NCBI GenBank assembly: GCA_038046385.1
Contig: JBBSWH010000001.1
Coordinates: forward strand, 119,211-183,210
Reading direction: 5' to 3'
From: Nanobdellota archaeon
GTDB taxonomy: Archaea > Nanobdellota > Nanobdellia > Woesearchaeales > GW2011-AR4
Length of the DNA: 64,000 nt
Positions within the stretch are counted from its first letter, which is position 1, and every line of letters begins with the position of its first letter. Of the stretch, positions 28,991-40,091 are shown piece after piece. Below the pieces are notes generated by a model. That model was not told the origin of the DNA. It did no database searches and saw nothing but the letters and a program-made list of their open reading frames with translations. The translations under genes were made by a program, and so were the position numbers.

Positions 28991-29452
28991 TCAATGGCAG
29001 ACTTTAGCGCCTCTTTTCTCTAAATACTGCTGATGATACTCTTCCGCTTCGTAGAATTCAGAAGCAGGAACGATTTCTGTTGCAATGCGGACTTTTAATT
29101 TCTTGAAAACTGCTTCTTTTGATTTTTCAGCTGATTTCTTCTGTGCATCATTATGATAAAATATCGCGCTCCTGTACTGTATTCCAACGTCAGGCCCCTG
29201 CCTGTTTAACTGTGTCGGATCATGATTGCCCCAGAAAACGTCAAGCAGTTTATCATATGAAGCTTTTTTTGGATTAAATGCGACTTCAACAGCCTCTGCA
29301 TGGCCTGTTTCATCGGTGCAGACATCTTCATAAGAAGGGTTTTTTGTCTTTCCTCCGGTGTAGCCGACTCTTGTTGACACTACCCCTTTTACATTGCGAA
29401 AAGTTGCTTCAACGCCCCAGAAGCACCCTGCTGCAAATGTTGCCTTTTCCAT
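28991..29452 (-). CDS. msrA: Peptide methionine sulfoxide reductase A
   Basis: GCFWG, TGHAE and AEEYHQQY motifs. Confidence 0.96.
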   Translation of the reverse strand: MEKATFAAGCFWGVEATFRNVKGVVSTRVGYTGGKTKNPSYEDVCTDETGHAEAVEVAFNPKKASYDKLLDVFWGNHDPTQLNRQGPDVGIQYRSAIFYHNDAQKKSAEKSKEAVFKKLKVRIATEIVPASEFYEAEEYHQQYLEKRGAKVCH

Positions 29453-29506
29453 AACAATAATAAAAATACATCGCTTTAAATATTTTTACCAGAATACATC
29501 GGAAAT

Positions 29507-30712
29507 CTAGGTAATCTTTGTGATTTTCTTTACTTCTTCTGCAAAAATTTCAGCTTCTTTCTCTGTGTTGTAAAAATAAACAGATGCCCTTATGCTTCCT
29601 TCAATCTTTCTTTTGTTAAACCAGCTGTGGGCGCAGTGGAATCCGCTCCTTACCATTATCTTTTTTGACGACTCAAGCATCTTTGCAGCTTCATGCGGGT
29701 TTATTCCTTTTATATTGAAAGAGAATATTCCGCTTCTTTTTTCCGGGTTCTTTGGCCCGAGTATGGATATTTTTTCATTTGCAATTAGGATGTCCGTGAT
29801 TATTTTATTTAGCTTTATTTCGTGCGCTTCGATTTTGCCAATGCCTGTATTTTTCAGGTACCTGCACGCTTCCCCCAGGCCGATTATGCCTGCATAGTCC
29901 TGCAGCCCTGCCTCAAATTTCATCGGGACATCTTCTTCAATGTATCCTTCATAAGTAGAATCTTTTACAGTCTCTCCGCCGACAATGAACTGGTCCAGCT
30001 GCTCAAGAAGGCTCTTTTTTCCGTAAAGAACTCCTGTTCCAGTCGGTCCAAGCATCTTGTGGCCTGAAAACGCAAGAAAATCCACATCCAGGTCTTTAAC
30101 ATCTATCCTTTTCCCGGGAGCAGCCTGGGCGGCATCAACTAGGGTGAGAGATTTGTTTTCATGCGCAATTTTTACAATATCTTTTATCGGGTTTGTTATT
30201 CCGTCGACGTTTGAAGTGTAAACCACAGAAACAAGCCTTGTTTTTTTGGTTATCGCCCTTTTGAAATTTTCAATATTGAATGTCCCATCATCATTTGTAT
30301 GCGCAACTATCACCTTTACCCCTTTCTTTCTGAGCCTAAGCCAGGGTATCAAATTTGAGTTGTGCTCTTTGTCTGTGATTATTATTTCATCGCCGTTTTT
30401 GAACTCAAGCCCGTTTGCAACAATGTTGATTCCTTCTGTCGTGTTTCTTGTAAAAACAATTTCAGAGTCTGATTTTGCATTGATGTGGCTTCTTACTGCT
30501 TCCCTTGATTTTGCAATTTCATCTTCGACTTTTTTTGCAAAAGAATGCGAGCTTCTTCCGGCGCATGCAGTGTAATCATTGTAATACTCGTTCATCTTGT
30601 CAATAACCTGCTTCGGCTTTAAGGACATGCACGCGTTGTCAAAATAGATTATCGGCTTTGAAAGCATTGGAAAATCTTTCCTTGCTTTTTCAGGATCAAA
30701 TCCTAAAATCAT
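29507..30712 (-). CDS. sufS: Cysteine desulfurase (SufS-like, class V PLP enzyme)
   Basis: YFDNA, EHNSN, DAAQ, FSGHKMLGPTG and RSGFHCA motifs. Confidence 0.9.
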   Translation of the reverse strand: MILGFDPEKARKDFPMLSKPIIYFDNACMSLKPKQVIDKMNEYYNDYTACAGRSSHSFAKKVEDEIAKSREAVRSHINAKSDSEIVFTRNTTEGINIVANGLEFKNGDEIIITDKEHNSNLIPWLRLRKKGVKVIVAHTNDDGTFNIENFKRAITKKTRLVSVVYTSNVDGITNPIKDIVKIAHENKSLTLVDAAQAAPGKRIDVKDLDVDFLAFSGHKMLGPTGTGVLYGKKSLLEQLDQFIVGGETVKDSTYEGYIEEDVPMKFEAGLQDYAGIIGLGEACRYLKNTGIGKIEAHEIKLNKIITDILIANEKISILGPKNPEKRSGIFSFNIKGINPHEAAKMLESSKKIMVRSGFHCAHSWFNKRKIEGSIRASVYFYNTEKEAEIFAEEVKKITKIT

Positions 30713-31626
30713 TTTTTCAGCTCCCTGTCGATTATTGTCTTAAACGTCCTGAACGGCTTTGGCCCTGTAATCCTTTGCCCGTTGATGAAAAAAGTCGGCG
30801 TTCCTGAAACTCTTGCAAGATATCCCTGCGATGTGTCTGAATCAACTTCATTTTTATATTTCTCGCTTTCAAGGCATTTGCTGAATTTTGAAGAATTCAT
30901 TCCTGCTTTTTCTGAAAGCTCAACGAGCAGTTTGCTGCTGAAGTTCTGCTGGTTTTCAAAAAGGAGATTATGGTATTCAAGATATTTTCCCTGCTCGATT
31001 GCGCATTCTGCTGACAGCGCAGCAATATATCCTGTGTCGTGCCTTGGGATGACCATTGTCTTGAACTGCAGGTTGACCTTTCCGTCATAATATTCAAGCA
31101 CTTCACGCATAATCGGCTCTGCATGTTTAGTGTACTGGCAGGCGTAGCAGCCAAATTCTATAATTGTCAATTGCGCATCCTTATTCCCTATTATTGGATC
31201 ATTTGCTTCAACTTGAGGAATCACAGGCGGCCCTGAAATATTGCTTTCTGATGCTGAAATTGCGCTGTTTGACCCTGTCGGATCAAGAAGGCAGAATCCG
31301 ACATCAGAAGGCCCGTTGCAGTTCCCATATTGGACATAGTTATAAATTCCAACTGAAGATGAATATGTGCTCCATATGAACAATGCCAGTATTACCCAGG
31401 ATATTATTTTGTAGTTTCTAAGTATGCATCCTGCAGCTTTTGGAGAAAACTTAAAAATACTTCCTGCCATTGAAGCTTTTATCCTGTCATCAAGGCCGCT
31501 TTTGCATTTCCTTAAAGTTACAGTGTGAAAAATGCAGTTAAGAGAATCTTTTGCAAGCTTCCTGTACTTTAAGCTGAAGATTCCGAGTATTGCAAAAACC
31601 GGCAGTGCTATTATGCATAAAACCAT
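30709..31626 (-). CDS. Membrane-anchored DsbA/thioredoxin-like protein
   Basis: N-terminal TM helices; IIEFGCYACQY and GTPTFFING. Confidence 0.85.
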   Translation of the reverse strand: MVLCIIALPVFAILGIFSLKYRKLAKDSLNCIFHTVTLRKCKSGLDDRIKASMAGSIFKFSPKAAGCILRNYKIISWVILALFIWSTYSSSVGIYNYVQYGNCNGPSDVGFCLLDPTGSNSAISASESNISGPPVIPQVEANDPIIGNKDAQLTIIEFGCYACQYTKHAEPIMREVLEYYDGKVNLQFKTMVIPRHDTGYIAALSAECAIEQGKYLEYHNLLFENQQNFSSKLLVELSEKAGMNSSKFSKCLESEKYKNEVDSDTSQGYLARVSGTPTFFINGQRITGPKPFRTFKTIIDRELKK

Positions 31627-31698
31627 TTATTTTCCACCTTGTATTTGCCGAGCCTGTATCTATTAATTAAGCTTTTGCTTTTGTTTGATATCATAAAA

Positions 31699-31789
31699 TG
31701 GGGCTGCCCGGATTTGAACCGGGGCCGGACCCAGATTGGCAACTCAGTTGTCCCCAAGGGCCAATTCTACCTAGCTATACTACAGCCCC
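31699..31789 (-). tRNA. tRNA-Pro(GGG) with 18-nt intron at 37/38 (31734-31751)
   Basis: Acceptor GGGGCTG/CAGCCCC; T arm CCCGG-TTCAAAT-CCGGG; anticodon stem GGCCC/GGGTC; canonical BHB with TTGG/CCAA central helix and GGA and TCT bulges. Confidence 0.92.
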
Positions 31790-31878
31790 AATATGAAGAA
31801 GCAATCTGTTTCTTATTTTTAAATCTAATGCAAAGGTTTTAAAATAGGGTTTATTAACCTACTTATTAGGAGTATCAA

Positions 31879-32433
31879 ATGAGCTTAGGAACAATTAATG
31901 AAGCGGGCATTGTTGATGTTATAGATGGGATACTGCGAGAAAAAGATGTGTTTGCCCCTGTACAAGGCTCTTTTGTACCCGGACCATCAAAACGCGTATT
32001 GCTTGCAGATTCAACTCCTGAAGCAGCACTCTTAAAACAGAGTCTTGAAGAGATGTCGGGTGTAGGGAAGGTAACCCACATAAGAAGCTACTTTGACTGG
32101 GTTCGCCTTGCAGACAACCATAGGTATGATGCTTACGTTGTAGACCCGTCACTCCCGATGGAAAATGGAGCAAGATATGAGAATCATGGCCTAGATATAA
32201 TACGTAGCTTGCTAAATTCAAGAACAGATATCGGAAAGATTTGGGTGCACGGCAGCAACATTGAACTGCTTAAGGCAGCGGAAGAAGCGCCTATGTTAAA
32301 TGGGAGGGAGATCCTATCGAATGTCTACCTAAGATCAACAGACGAAATCCCTAAACTCAGAAACACTCCTGTATTTTTGGCAGACATATCCCTTTTTCTC
32401 AGGACTCACGGACAGTTAGGATACTTAAATTAA
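31879..32433 (+). CDS. Divergent CheY-like receiver-domain protein (orphan)
   Basis: RVLLADS...YDAYVVDPSLPMENG...GLDIIRSL. Confidence 0.55.
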   Translation: MSLGTINEAGIVDVIDGILREKDVFAPVQGSFVPGPSKRVLLADSTPEAALLKQSLEEMSGVGKVTHIRSYFDWVRLADNHRYDAYVVDPSLPMENGARYENHGLDIIRSLLNSRTDIGKIWVHGSNIELLKAAEEAPMLNGREILSNVYLRSTDEIPKLRNTPVFLADISLFLRTHGQLGYLN

Positions 32434-32440
32434 ACTGATT

Positions 32441-32614
32441 CTATTTTTTCTTTTTAGACAAACCGCAGAATACATTGTCAATGCTTACCAAAACAAACAA
32501 GACAGAAACACCAAAAAGTATTTTGTTTACAACCATTCCTGCATAAACTGAAAATGCTATGCCGATTAATGCAAGAATTGCATAAATTCTGGATCTTAAC
32601 GTGAATTTCTTCAT
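32441..32614 (-). CDS. 57-aa two-TM microprotein
   Basis: Manual translation MKKFTLRSRIYAILALIGIAFSVYAGMVVNKILFGVSVLFVLVSIDNVFCGLSKKKK*; ATGA overlap with the protease stop. Confidence 0.7.
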   Translation of the reverse strand: MKKFTLRSRIYAILALIGIAFSVYAGMVVNKILFGVSVLFVLVSIDNVFCGLSKKKK

Positions 32615-33549
32615 GGGTTATTCTGCTCGTAAGTGCTTATCAGCCCTGCTGATATATCATTAACATTGTTGGAAGTGATTGCAAAGCCCAGCCCTTCAAA
32701 AGAAGATGCCTTGAAGTTGTTTATCCCGACTATTTCGCTTTTTATGTTGACAAGAGGCCCTCCGGAATTGCCCGGGTTGATTGGGACATCTATCTGCAGA
32801 TAGTCATAATTGTTGAATTCCCTGAATGCGCTGACAATTCCTTCTGTAACTGTGAAATCAAGCCCTGCAGGGTTTCCTGCTGCAATAACCCTTTCTCCGA
32901 CTTTCATATCATCAGAATTTCCGAATTCAAGGTATTTTAAATTTGGCGCATTTATTTTCAAAACGGCAATGTCTGCCGGCCCGTCGTATCCTACAAGCTG
33001 GACGTTGCTGTAAGAATCCCCGTTATTTGTAATAATCTTGACAGAAGTTGCTCCGTTTATTACGTGCACATTTGTTATGACATATCCTTTGCTGCTGATT
33101 ATGACTCCGCTTCCCCTTGCCTTGTCTGTCTGAATGCTGACAGTAGCGTCAAGCACATCGTTGACAATCGCAGAAAAGTCTGCGCTCTTTATCTGGATGT
33201 TTTTTAATTCCCCTTTTAATTCTGTCAGCTGTATGTTGCTTTGCTGTTCTATCTGTTCTATCAATCTTGTTAATGTGTTAACTTCTTCTTCATTCTGCTT
33301 CTTGAAATGGTCTAACGATGCATCAATCTGGATTATGCTGGAATTCAACAGGTCAACATTGCTTTCAATGGAGCTTCTAACATTCTTAAGGCCCTCTATT
33401 GTTGTTCTGCTTAAGTCCGTTATCTTAAGATCATAATCCTGTTTTAAAATATCCATCCTGTAATTAAAATAAAAAACAAGAGATGCGGACAGCATTACTA
33501 TTCCGAGGAATATAAGAATCAATTTTTGGTGCTGTTTCTGCATTTTCAC
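32611..33549 (-). CDS. Membrane-anchored trypsin-like (HtrA-type, no PDZ) serine protease
   Basis: TM helix plus coiled coil; TNVHV, DIAVL and GNSGGPL catalytic triad. Confidence 0.9.
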   Translation of the reverse strand: MKMQKQHQKLILIFLGIVMLSASLVFYFNYRMDILKQDYDLKITDLSRTTIEGLKNVRSSIESNVDLLNSSIIQIDASLDHFKKQNEEEVNTLTRLIEQIEQQSNIQLTELKGELKNIQIKSADFSAIVNDVLDATVSIQTDKARGSGVIISSKGYVITNVHVINGATSVKIITNNGDSYSNVQLVGYDGPADIAVLKINAPNLKYLEFGNSDDMKVGERVIAAGNPAGLDFTVTEGIVSAFREFNNYDYLQIDVPINPGNSGGPLVNIKSEIVGINNFKASSFEGLGFAITSNNVNDISAGLISTYEQNNP

Positions 33550-33574
33550 TCTTTTTTACTTATTTGCCTGAAAT

Positions 33575-33868
33575 TCACTCTTTTATTTGAAACTCTGCAT
33601 CAATGTAACTCTTCTTCTTTTTATGCTTTTTGCCTGTGAGCTTCAGCCTTATGACAGTAATCAAAAGAATCAATAGCGATATGAGGAAGACTAAAAGGAT
33701 AATGATTAGTGAAAATGCCATGAATCCGCCTATTATTATAAGGTACCATTTTGAGATTAATGCAAGCATTGTCCATGACTTGTCTTTTGAATAAAGATAG
33801 ATGAAGTAGATGACTATCAGGCTGAAAACAGAGCCTATTCCAAAGTTCCATTTTTTTCCTGAAATCAT
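33575..33868 (-). CDS. Small membrane protein
   Basis: Two TM helices and a C-terminal YIDAEFQIKE. Confidence 0.7.
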   Translation of the reverse strand: MISGKKWNFGIGSVFSLIVIYFIYLYSKDKSWTMLALISKWYLIIIGGFMAFSLIIILLVFLISLLILLITVIRLKLTGKKHKKKKSYIDAEFQIKE

Positions 33869-33873
33869 CTTAA

Positions 33874-34254
33874 TCAGCAGAAGTTTTCTTTTATGAAAGA
33901 AGCCATTTGGGCATTGTCAGCAGCTTCGTAAGCCTTTGCAGCAAGCGCATAGTTCTTTGCCTGTATGCACAGCACTGCTGCATCGTTTAACCTGTCTTTG
34001 TCTTTAGTGGGAATAAAACACATTGTTGCAATATCTGATTTTCTCTCTTTCATGAAAGCATCTCCCAGCGCTATCAGCTTGCTAATCTCGCCTGCTTTTG
34101 CCATTATGTCAACAGCTTCCTGGTGCTTGTTCTGCTTGAAAAGCTTTTCTCCAACATCGCTTAAGATTCTTTTTTGGGCTTCTTCGCTGAGCATGGAAAT
34201 ATTTACAGAATTAATCCCTTCTTTCATTATTTTCTCGACAATCGGGTGTTCCAT
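33874..34254 (-). CDS. Helical-repeat hypothetical protein
   Basis: TPR/clathrin-like Ala-rich helices. Confidence 0.7.
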   Translation of the reverse strand: MEHPIVEKIMKEGINSVNISMLSEEAQKRILSDVGEKLFKQNKHQEAVDIMAKAGEISKLIALGDAFMKERKSDIATMCFIPTKDKDRLNDAAVLCIQAKNYALAAKAYEAADNAQMASFIKENFC

Positions 34255-34311
34255 GGATGTTTAATATTGGCGCCTGCTTAATAAAGTTTTGTATTGGAGG
34301 TATACTATTAA

Positions 34312-35403
34312 TTATCTTCTTAAAGAAACAAATACTTCCGGACGATAAATTCCGTTAAGCATAAACCACTTGTTATGTTTCACTGCAAATAGGCTTACTC
34401 CGTTTACCAACGCGTCACCATGCACACTTGATTCGTAATCGCATCTTGTCCTTTCTGAATGCCCCTTGCCATGGCCTATATGTGGTTCTGCTTTTTCGTC
34501 CATAGCTGTATTTCCAGTTAGCTTTCTGCTCATCATATAAAGATTTGTAGGAAAGCCGCCTTCCCCTATCCTGTCTCCATTTCCGTATTTTGTATCTTTT
34601 TCAAATACATAGTTTAGGACAAATCTCCTTATCAATTTATCACTGCATCCAACGTCCGTAATCCTTCCATGTTTTATTTTCCATATTATAGGATTTCTGG
34701 CTAATATTGCTTCAAGAGCAGGATAATTGCCGGCAAATGGCCCACCATCCATAAGCGGACCGTAAGAAGAGTTTATTACATATTTTCCGTCGGCATTTTC
34801 AGGATGAACATAAACTTCACCAGGTATTATATTTGCCGGCTTTCCTGGGATAAGAATTCCGTCGCTGTTGACCGGTGTAAACCTTGTGTTGTTTATGTCA
34901 ACAAAGAGTTTAGTGCCGTTTCCTACGAATAAAACACATTCTTCGTTTGAAATAAAATCAAACAATTCTTTCCCAAAATCAGGATTATTTTGAGGATGGT
35001 ATGCTTCCTTTAAAACCTCAAAAGTGCAGTTAGGCAATCCTCCAACCTTCCCCCTAGGTGTAGCAATGTTTGCAATCTGCTCCATAGCAGGCCTTTCTTC
35101 GTCTACTGCCTGCTTTAAATACACTAAAAGGTTATAATTATTATCAGGGTGGTGCAACCCAGATTCTACTGCCTCTTTTAATCCATCAGGCAAATGAGTC
35201 AAAGGAGCTCCATTGCGCCAGTCATCAAGATTTATTATTCTTACGTCTTTTCTAACTTCAGTTACAATCCTTTCTGCAGAGGCACGCACACTATCGGCAA
35301 TATCGCTCCTGCTATTATCGGTTATAATTATGAAAGGACCTCCCCTGTAGCCAAGATAGGTGCTTACCATTGAGTCTGTTAACTCTGCTAATGTCGGTTC
35401 CAT
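34312..35403 (-). CDS. Divergent M29-like (aminopeptidase T-like) metallopeptidase
   Basis: NIIPGEVYVHP, RIGEGGFPTN, MDEK..PHIGHG and VHGD motifs. Confidence 0.65.
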   Translation of the reverse strand: MEPTLAELTDSMVSTYLGYRGGPFIIITDNSRSDIADSVRASAERIVTEVRKDVRIINLDDWRNGAPLTHLPDGLKEAVESGLHHPDNNYNLLVYLKQAVDEERPAMEQIANIATPRGKVGGLPNCTFEVLKEAYHPQNNPDFGKELFDFISNEECVLFVGNGTKLFVDINNTRFTPVNSDGILIPGKPANIIPGEVYVHPENADGKYVINSSYGPLMDGGPFAGNYPALEAILARNPIIWKIKHGRITDVGCSDKLIRRFVLNYVFEKDTKYGNGDRIGEGGFPTNLYMMSRKLTGNTAMDEKAEPHIGHGKGHSERTRCDYESSVHGDALVNGVSLFAVKHNKWFMLNGIYRPEVFVSLRR

Positions 35404-35477
35404 AGGCAGTAAAAACAGCTTTAAGTTTATAAAGTTACTCCTGTGTAACCTTTATAAAGTAGTTAATTTAACTAGAA

Positions 35478-36080
35478 CTATTTTACAATTCCTTTCTCTT
35501 CAAGATAATGCCCTAACTTCTCTTTCTTTGTTTTTAGATATTTTTTATTGGATTTGTTAGGTGCGATTTCAATTGGGATCCTTTCAACAATCTCCAATCC
35601 GTACTTTTCAAGGCCGCTGATTTTTTTTGGGTTGTTGGTTAATAATCTTATTTTGCAGACTCTTAAGTCAGCAAGAATCTGCGCGCCTGTCGTGTAATCG
35701 CGTGCATCTGCCTTAAAGCCTAATTTTAAATTTGCCTGAACTGTGTCCATTCCTCTATCCTGATATGAGTATGCTCTTATCTTGTTCAGCAAACCGATTC
35801 CCCTTCCTTCCTGCTGCATGTAAAGCAATACACCGCCTTTTTTTGCAATTATTTTTAATGCAGTTTCCAGTTGAGGCCCGCAGTCGCATCTCAAAGAACC
35901 GAGAGTATCTCCTGTCAAACATTGAGAATGAACTCTTACATAAACCGGCTTGTTTTTCAGATTGCCTTTTATGACTGCAAGATGCTGTCCTTGCTTATTG
36001 TCTTCATACGCAATAACTTTGAAATTGCCGTATTTTGTTGGAAGATTGGTTTCTGCAGTTCTTTTAACTAATGTTTTCAT
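35478..36080 (-). CDS. ribA: GTP cyclohydrolase II
   Basis: [23 protein letters not shown] and LLTNNP motifs. Confidence 0.96.
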   Translation of the reverse strand: MKTLVKRTAETNLPTKYGNFKVIAYEDNKQGQHLAVIKGNLKNKPVYVRVHSQCLTGDTLGSLRCDCGPQLETALKIIAKKGGVLLYMQQEGRGIGLLNKIRAYSYQDRGMDTVQANLKLGFKADARDYTTGAQILADLRVCKIRLLTNNPKKISGLEKYGLEIVERIPIEIAPNKSNKKYLKTKKEKLGHYLEEKGIVK

Positions 36081-36192
36081 CAGAGAAAGGTTGATTTGAG
36101 GTTATATAAAGATTTGGTATGCTAAGAAAGTCCGTCAATAAACAATGCTTTTAAAAACATAAACGCATTCTATAGATTAATCACACAATACA

Positions 36193-37419
36193 ATGACATT
36201 TCAACAGCTTAACATCATCGAACCGCTTCAAAGGGCGCTTATCCAACAAGGATATACTGTTCCAACTCCAATCCAATTGAAGTCCATTCCTGACCTGTTA
36301 GCTGGCAAAGATTTGATAGGAATAGCGCAGACAGGTACGGGTAAAACTGCTGCATTTGTCCTTCCAATTCTTCAGAGAATGACGGAAAAATATCCCAGAA
36401 CACTTCGCACGCTGGTGCTTGCGCCGACACGAGAACTTGCTGCGCAGATTGGAGAAAGTTTTTCTGCCTACGGCAAATTTCTTAAATTTAAGCATACGGT
36501 TATTTTCGGCGGCGTTAGCCAAGGAATGCAGGTTAATGCTGTATCTAGGGGCGTTGATATTGTTGTTGCAACACCCGGACGGCTTCTTGATTTAATGAAT
36601 CAGGGCAAGGTAAGCTTAAGAGATATTGAGTTCTTTGTTTTGGACGAAGCGGACAGAATGCTTGATATGGGATTCATTAACGATATCAAAAAAATCATTG
36701 CAAGATTGCCGCACAAAAGGCAATCGCTTTTTTTCTCTGCAACAATGTCTCCGCAGGTCAGTTCGCTTGCGCACCAGTTATTAAGGAATCCGGTTCGTGT
36801 CGAAGTTGCGCCGCAGGCAACAACCGTTGAAAAAATAAAACAATGCGTTTTTTTTGTTGATTCAGCTTCCAAGGAAAAACTGCTCTTAGAACTTTTGCTG
36901 CAAAAGCACCTTACCCGTGTTTTGGTATTTACCCGCACAAAGCACCGCGCAAACAAAGTTGTAGATTATTTAATGAGCCATAATGTCAAAACTGACGCAA
37001 TTCACGGCAACAAGTCGCAAGGCGCTCGAACACAGGCGCTTCATAATTTTAAATCCGGCAGAACTAAAGTGTTAGTTGCAACAGATATTGCCGCGCGCGG
37101 CATTGATATTGACGATATTTCCCATGTTATTAATTTTGAGCTCCCTAACGAGCCTGAAAGCTATGTTCACCGAATCGGAAGGACTGCAAGGGCAGGGGCA
37201 GAGGGAACAGCATATTCTTTTTGCGCTGCAGATGAACGCGACTTTCTTCGGTCTATTGAACGGTTGATTCGGTTGAAAATAGAAGTCGTGCCTCATACTT
37301 TCCATTCAGATCACGCGCAGAATGCTTCAGGTTCTTCTGCCAGGCCTCCGCCAAAGCAGCAAAGAGGACGTTCCAGAAGCTTTAGGCCAAATAATAACAG
37401 GCCGCGCTTTAGACGGTAA
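36193..37419 (+). CDS. DEAD-box RNA helicase, RhlE-like
   Basis: [25 protein letters not shown] and [10 protein letters not shown] motifs. Confidence 0.93.
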   Translation: MTFQQLNIIEPLQRALIQQGYTVPTPIQLKSIPDLLAGKDLIGIAQTGTGKTAAFVLPILQRMTEKYPRTLRTLVLAPTRELAAQIGESFSAYGKFLKFKHTVIFGGVSQGMQVNAVSRGVDIVVATPGRLLDLMNQGKVSLRDIEFFVLDEADRMLDMGFINDIKKIIARLPHKRQSLFFSATMSPQVSSLAHQLLRNPVRVEVAPQATTVEKIKQCVFFVDSASKEKLLLELLLQKHLTRVLVFTRTKHRANKVVDYLMSHNVKTDAIHGNKSQGARTQALHNFKSGRTKVLVATDIAARGIDIDDISHVINFELPNEPESYVHRIGRTARAGAEGTAYSFCAADERDFLRSIERLIRLKIEVVPHTFHSDHAQNASGSSARPPPKQQRGRSRSFRPNNNRPRFRR

Positions 37420-37476
37420 ATTGTTTTCTTTAGAAAAAGATTGATTTAAAGTTTTGTTTAAGGATATCAAGAAATA

Positions 37477-38346
37477 TTATAATTGAACAATTTCTAAATC
37501 CTTTGTTGATTGTATTGTTTTAGCAGGATCAAGAACCGCCACATACCTCCCTTTCATTGGACCATCTTTAGCATATTCCTGTGATGTGAAAATTGTCAAT
37601 ATTTTATCATTTAAACCATGGCCTTTTGCATGATAATCATGACCCCTTACCAAAACTTTAGCTCCAAAAGCAGCTAATTTTTCATCCAAAAATCTTTGGC
37701 CATAAATTATAGAGTGATCATCATCAAATCCTCTTTTTGTATTTGGAGCAAAATCTTGCCCCACTGGATTTACCATACCTTCCAATAGGCTGTCATTCCA
37801 TACCAACTGGCATGCTATTTTATTTTCTTGATATAAAACAAGCCCCTTTGGAACAGCCTTTATATCGTCTAAACTTTCCACATTAGGAACGCCAGCATGA
37901 AGCGCCAGCACCCCGTTTGGAGTCATTGCTGCATAAGGCAATTCTGACATGACCTGCAAAATCTTGGGTCTTATTACTAGCATATCTCTATTATCCAATG
38001 ACGCTTGGAATCCGTATCTCCATAGTTCTGCAAATTCATGATTACCCCTTAACAAAACAACATCTTTGGGGTGTTCAACCTTTTTCTGTAAAACCCCCAT
38101 CAAATTATAAGTGCTGCTGCCCGTGGCAGGTGCCCTGTCAACATAATCCCCTTCAAAAACTATTAAATGACTTCCAAGAAACCTCCGAAAAACCTCTTCA
38201 GTGCTATCACTATCCCCATGGGTATCTCCGACGAAGACAGTAGGCCTTGAAGGCAACATAATCAGGCTTGGTTCACTAGCAAGAATTCCTTTGGCTTCTG
38301 TCAGCACTCTTGCAAATTCATCACGATCCACTACATGAGATGTCAT
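37477..38346 (-). CDS. PPP-family Ser/Thr protein phosphatase (calcineurin-like)
   Basis: GDTHG, GDYVDR, RGNHE, HAG and RGH motifs. Start moved to 38346 because the TATA overlaps the track's ATG at 38370. Confidence 0.85.
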   Translation of the reverse strand: MTSHVVDRDEFARVLTEAKGILASEPSLIMLPSRPTVFVGDTHGDSDSTEEVFRRFLGSHLIVFEGDYVDRAPATGSSTYNLMGVLQKKVEHPKDVVLLRGNHEFAELWRYGFQASLDNRDMLVIRPKILQVMSELPYAAMTPNGVLALHAGVPNVESLDDIKAVPKGLVLYQENKIACQLVWNDSLLEGMVNPVGQDFAPNTKRGFDDDHSIIYGQRFLDEKLAAFGAKVLVRGHDYHAKGHGLNDKILTIFTSQEYAKDGPMKGRYVAVLDPAKTIQSTKDLEIVQL

Positions 38347-38447
38347 ACGATAAGAATTATCAAACACCATTTATAAATCTTTCGATATTGTAACTACTAA
38401 GAAGTTATAACTTAATTAGCAAGAAAAAACAAAATAAAAAGAGCTAC

Positions 38448-40091
38448 TTAGTAGCCCCCGTCTTCTCCGCCCATGCCTCCCATTCCTGGCATTCCCGGCG
38501 GCATCTTTCCGCCTCCGCCTTTTGAGCCGGATGATGCAATCACATCATCGATTCTCAAAATCATGGTTGCGACTTCTGAAGCGCTCGAAACAGCCTGTGT
38601 CTTTATCTTAAGAGGCTCAATAACTCCTTTCTTCCACGAGTCCATTATCTTGCCTGTGAAGACGTCAACACCAGCCCATTTCTGCTTCTTTGCGTGAGCT
38701 GCTTTCAATTCCGTCATGATATCAATCGGGTCTAATCCAGCATTCTCTATCAGCGTTCTTGGAATTACTTCCATTGCATCAGCAAATGACTGCATTGCTA
38801 ATTGTTCTCTTCCTGAAAGAGATTCAGCATGTTTTCTTAACTGCATTGCAAGTTCAACTTCAGGAGCGCCTGCGCCTCCAACAACCTTGCCGTCTTTCAA
38901 AGCAGCTGAAACATCTCCAACTGCATCTGTCAAAGCCCTTTCAATTTCGTTTGTAACGTGCTCTGTTCCCCCTCTTACTAGGATTGTAACTGCTTTTGGG
39001 TTCTTGCACTCGACTATGAACGTAAATTGTTCATCTCCAAGTTTTCTTTCCTCAACAGCGCCTGCAAATCCAAGGTCGTCTTTGTTCATGTCATGCAGAT
39101 TGTTAACAACTTTTGCGCCGGTTGCCTTTGCAATTTTTTTCATGTCAGAATCAGACACTCTGCGTACAGCATAGATTCCTTTTTTTGCAAGGAAGTGCTG
39201 CGCAACATCATCAATTCCTTTTTGGCATATCAAAACATTTGCGCCTGATGCTGCAATCTGGTCAACCATTGTCCTTAACATCTTTTCTTCCTGATCCAGG
39301 AATGCCTGCAGCTGGTCCGGTGATGTTATCTCGATGCTTGCCTCAATTTCAGTTTTCTTGATTTCGATTTCCTTGTCAAGAAGCGCGACTTTTGCATTCT
39401 TAACGAGCCTTGGCATGCTTGAATGGACTTTCTCCTTGTCGATTGCAATCCCCCTGATTAATTCAGAATCTTCAATAGCCCCGCCTGATCTTTTCTCAAT
39501 TTTGATATTGTCAAGGTCTACTGTTCCGTCTGCCTCTGCAACCAGCTTTACAGCTTTTACAGCAAGGTCTGACAGTCTTTCTTTTGCATACTCTGCGCCT
39601 TTTCCGGTCATTGCAGTCATTGCTATCTGCCTTAAAACAGTTTCATCCTTTGAAGTTATGGTCTCAGCCATATCATTAAGAATTTCCTGCGCTTTTTCAG
39701 CAGCCAATCTGTAGCCTCTTGCGATTACAGCAGGATGCACATTTTGATCTAAAAGTTCTTCTGCGTTTTTCAACAGCTCTCCTGCTAAAACAACAGCTGT
39801 TGTTGTTCCGTCTCCGACAACATCTTCCTGCGTCTTTGCGATTTCAACAATCATCTTTGCAGATGGATGCTCGATTTGCATTTCCTGAAGAATTGTAACT
39901 CCGTCGTTTGTAACAGTAACATCTCCCATCGAATCAACAATCATCTTGTCCATTCCCTTTGGGCCTAAAGTTGTTCTGACAGTTTCAGCAACAAGCTTTG
40001 CTGCCATTATGTTTGACCTTTGCGCATCTCTTCCCATGCTTCTCTGTGTGCCTTCCGGCAGAATAAATATAGGTTGTATCTGGTTTGCCAT
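38448..40091 (-). CDS. ths: Thermosome (group II chaperonin) subunit
   Basis: [24 protein letters not shown] and a GGM-type tail. Confidence 0.97.
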   Translation of the reverse strand: MANQIQPIFILPEGTQRSMGRDAQRSNIMAAKLVAETVRTTLGPKGMDKMIVDSMGDVTVTNDGVTILQEMQIEHPSAKMIVEIAKTQEDVVGDGTTTAVVLAGELLKNAEELLDQNVHPAVIARGYRLAAEKAQEILNDMAETITSKDETVLRQIAMTAMTGKGAEYAKERLSDLAVKAVKLVAEADGTVDLDNIKIEKRSGGAIEDSELIRGIAIDKEKVHSSMPRLVKNAKVALLDKEIEIKKTEIEASIEITSPDQLQAFLDQEEKMLRTMVDQIAASGANVLICQKGIDDVAQHFLAKKGIYAVRRVSDSDMKKIAKATGAKVVNNLHDMNKDDLGFAGAVEERKLGDEQFTFIVECKNPKAVTILVRGGTEHVTNEIERALTDAVGDVSAALKDGKVVGGAGAPEVELAMQLRKHAESLSGREQLAMQSFADAMEVIPRTLIENAGLDPIDIMTELKAAHAKKQKWAGVDVFTGKIMDSWKKGVIEPLKIKTQAVSSASEVATMILRIDDVIASSGSKGGGGKMPPGMPGMGGMGGEDGGY

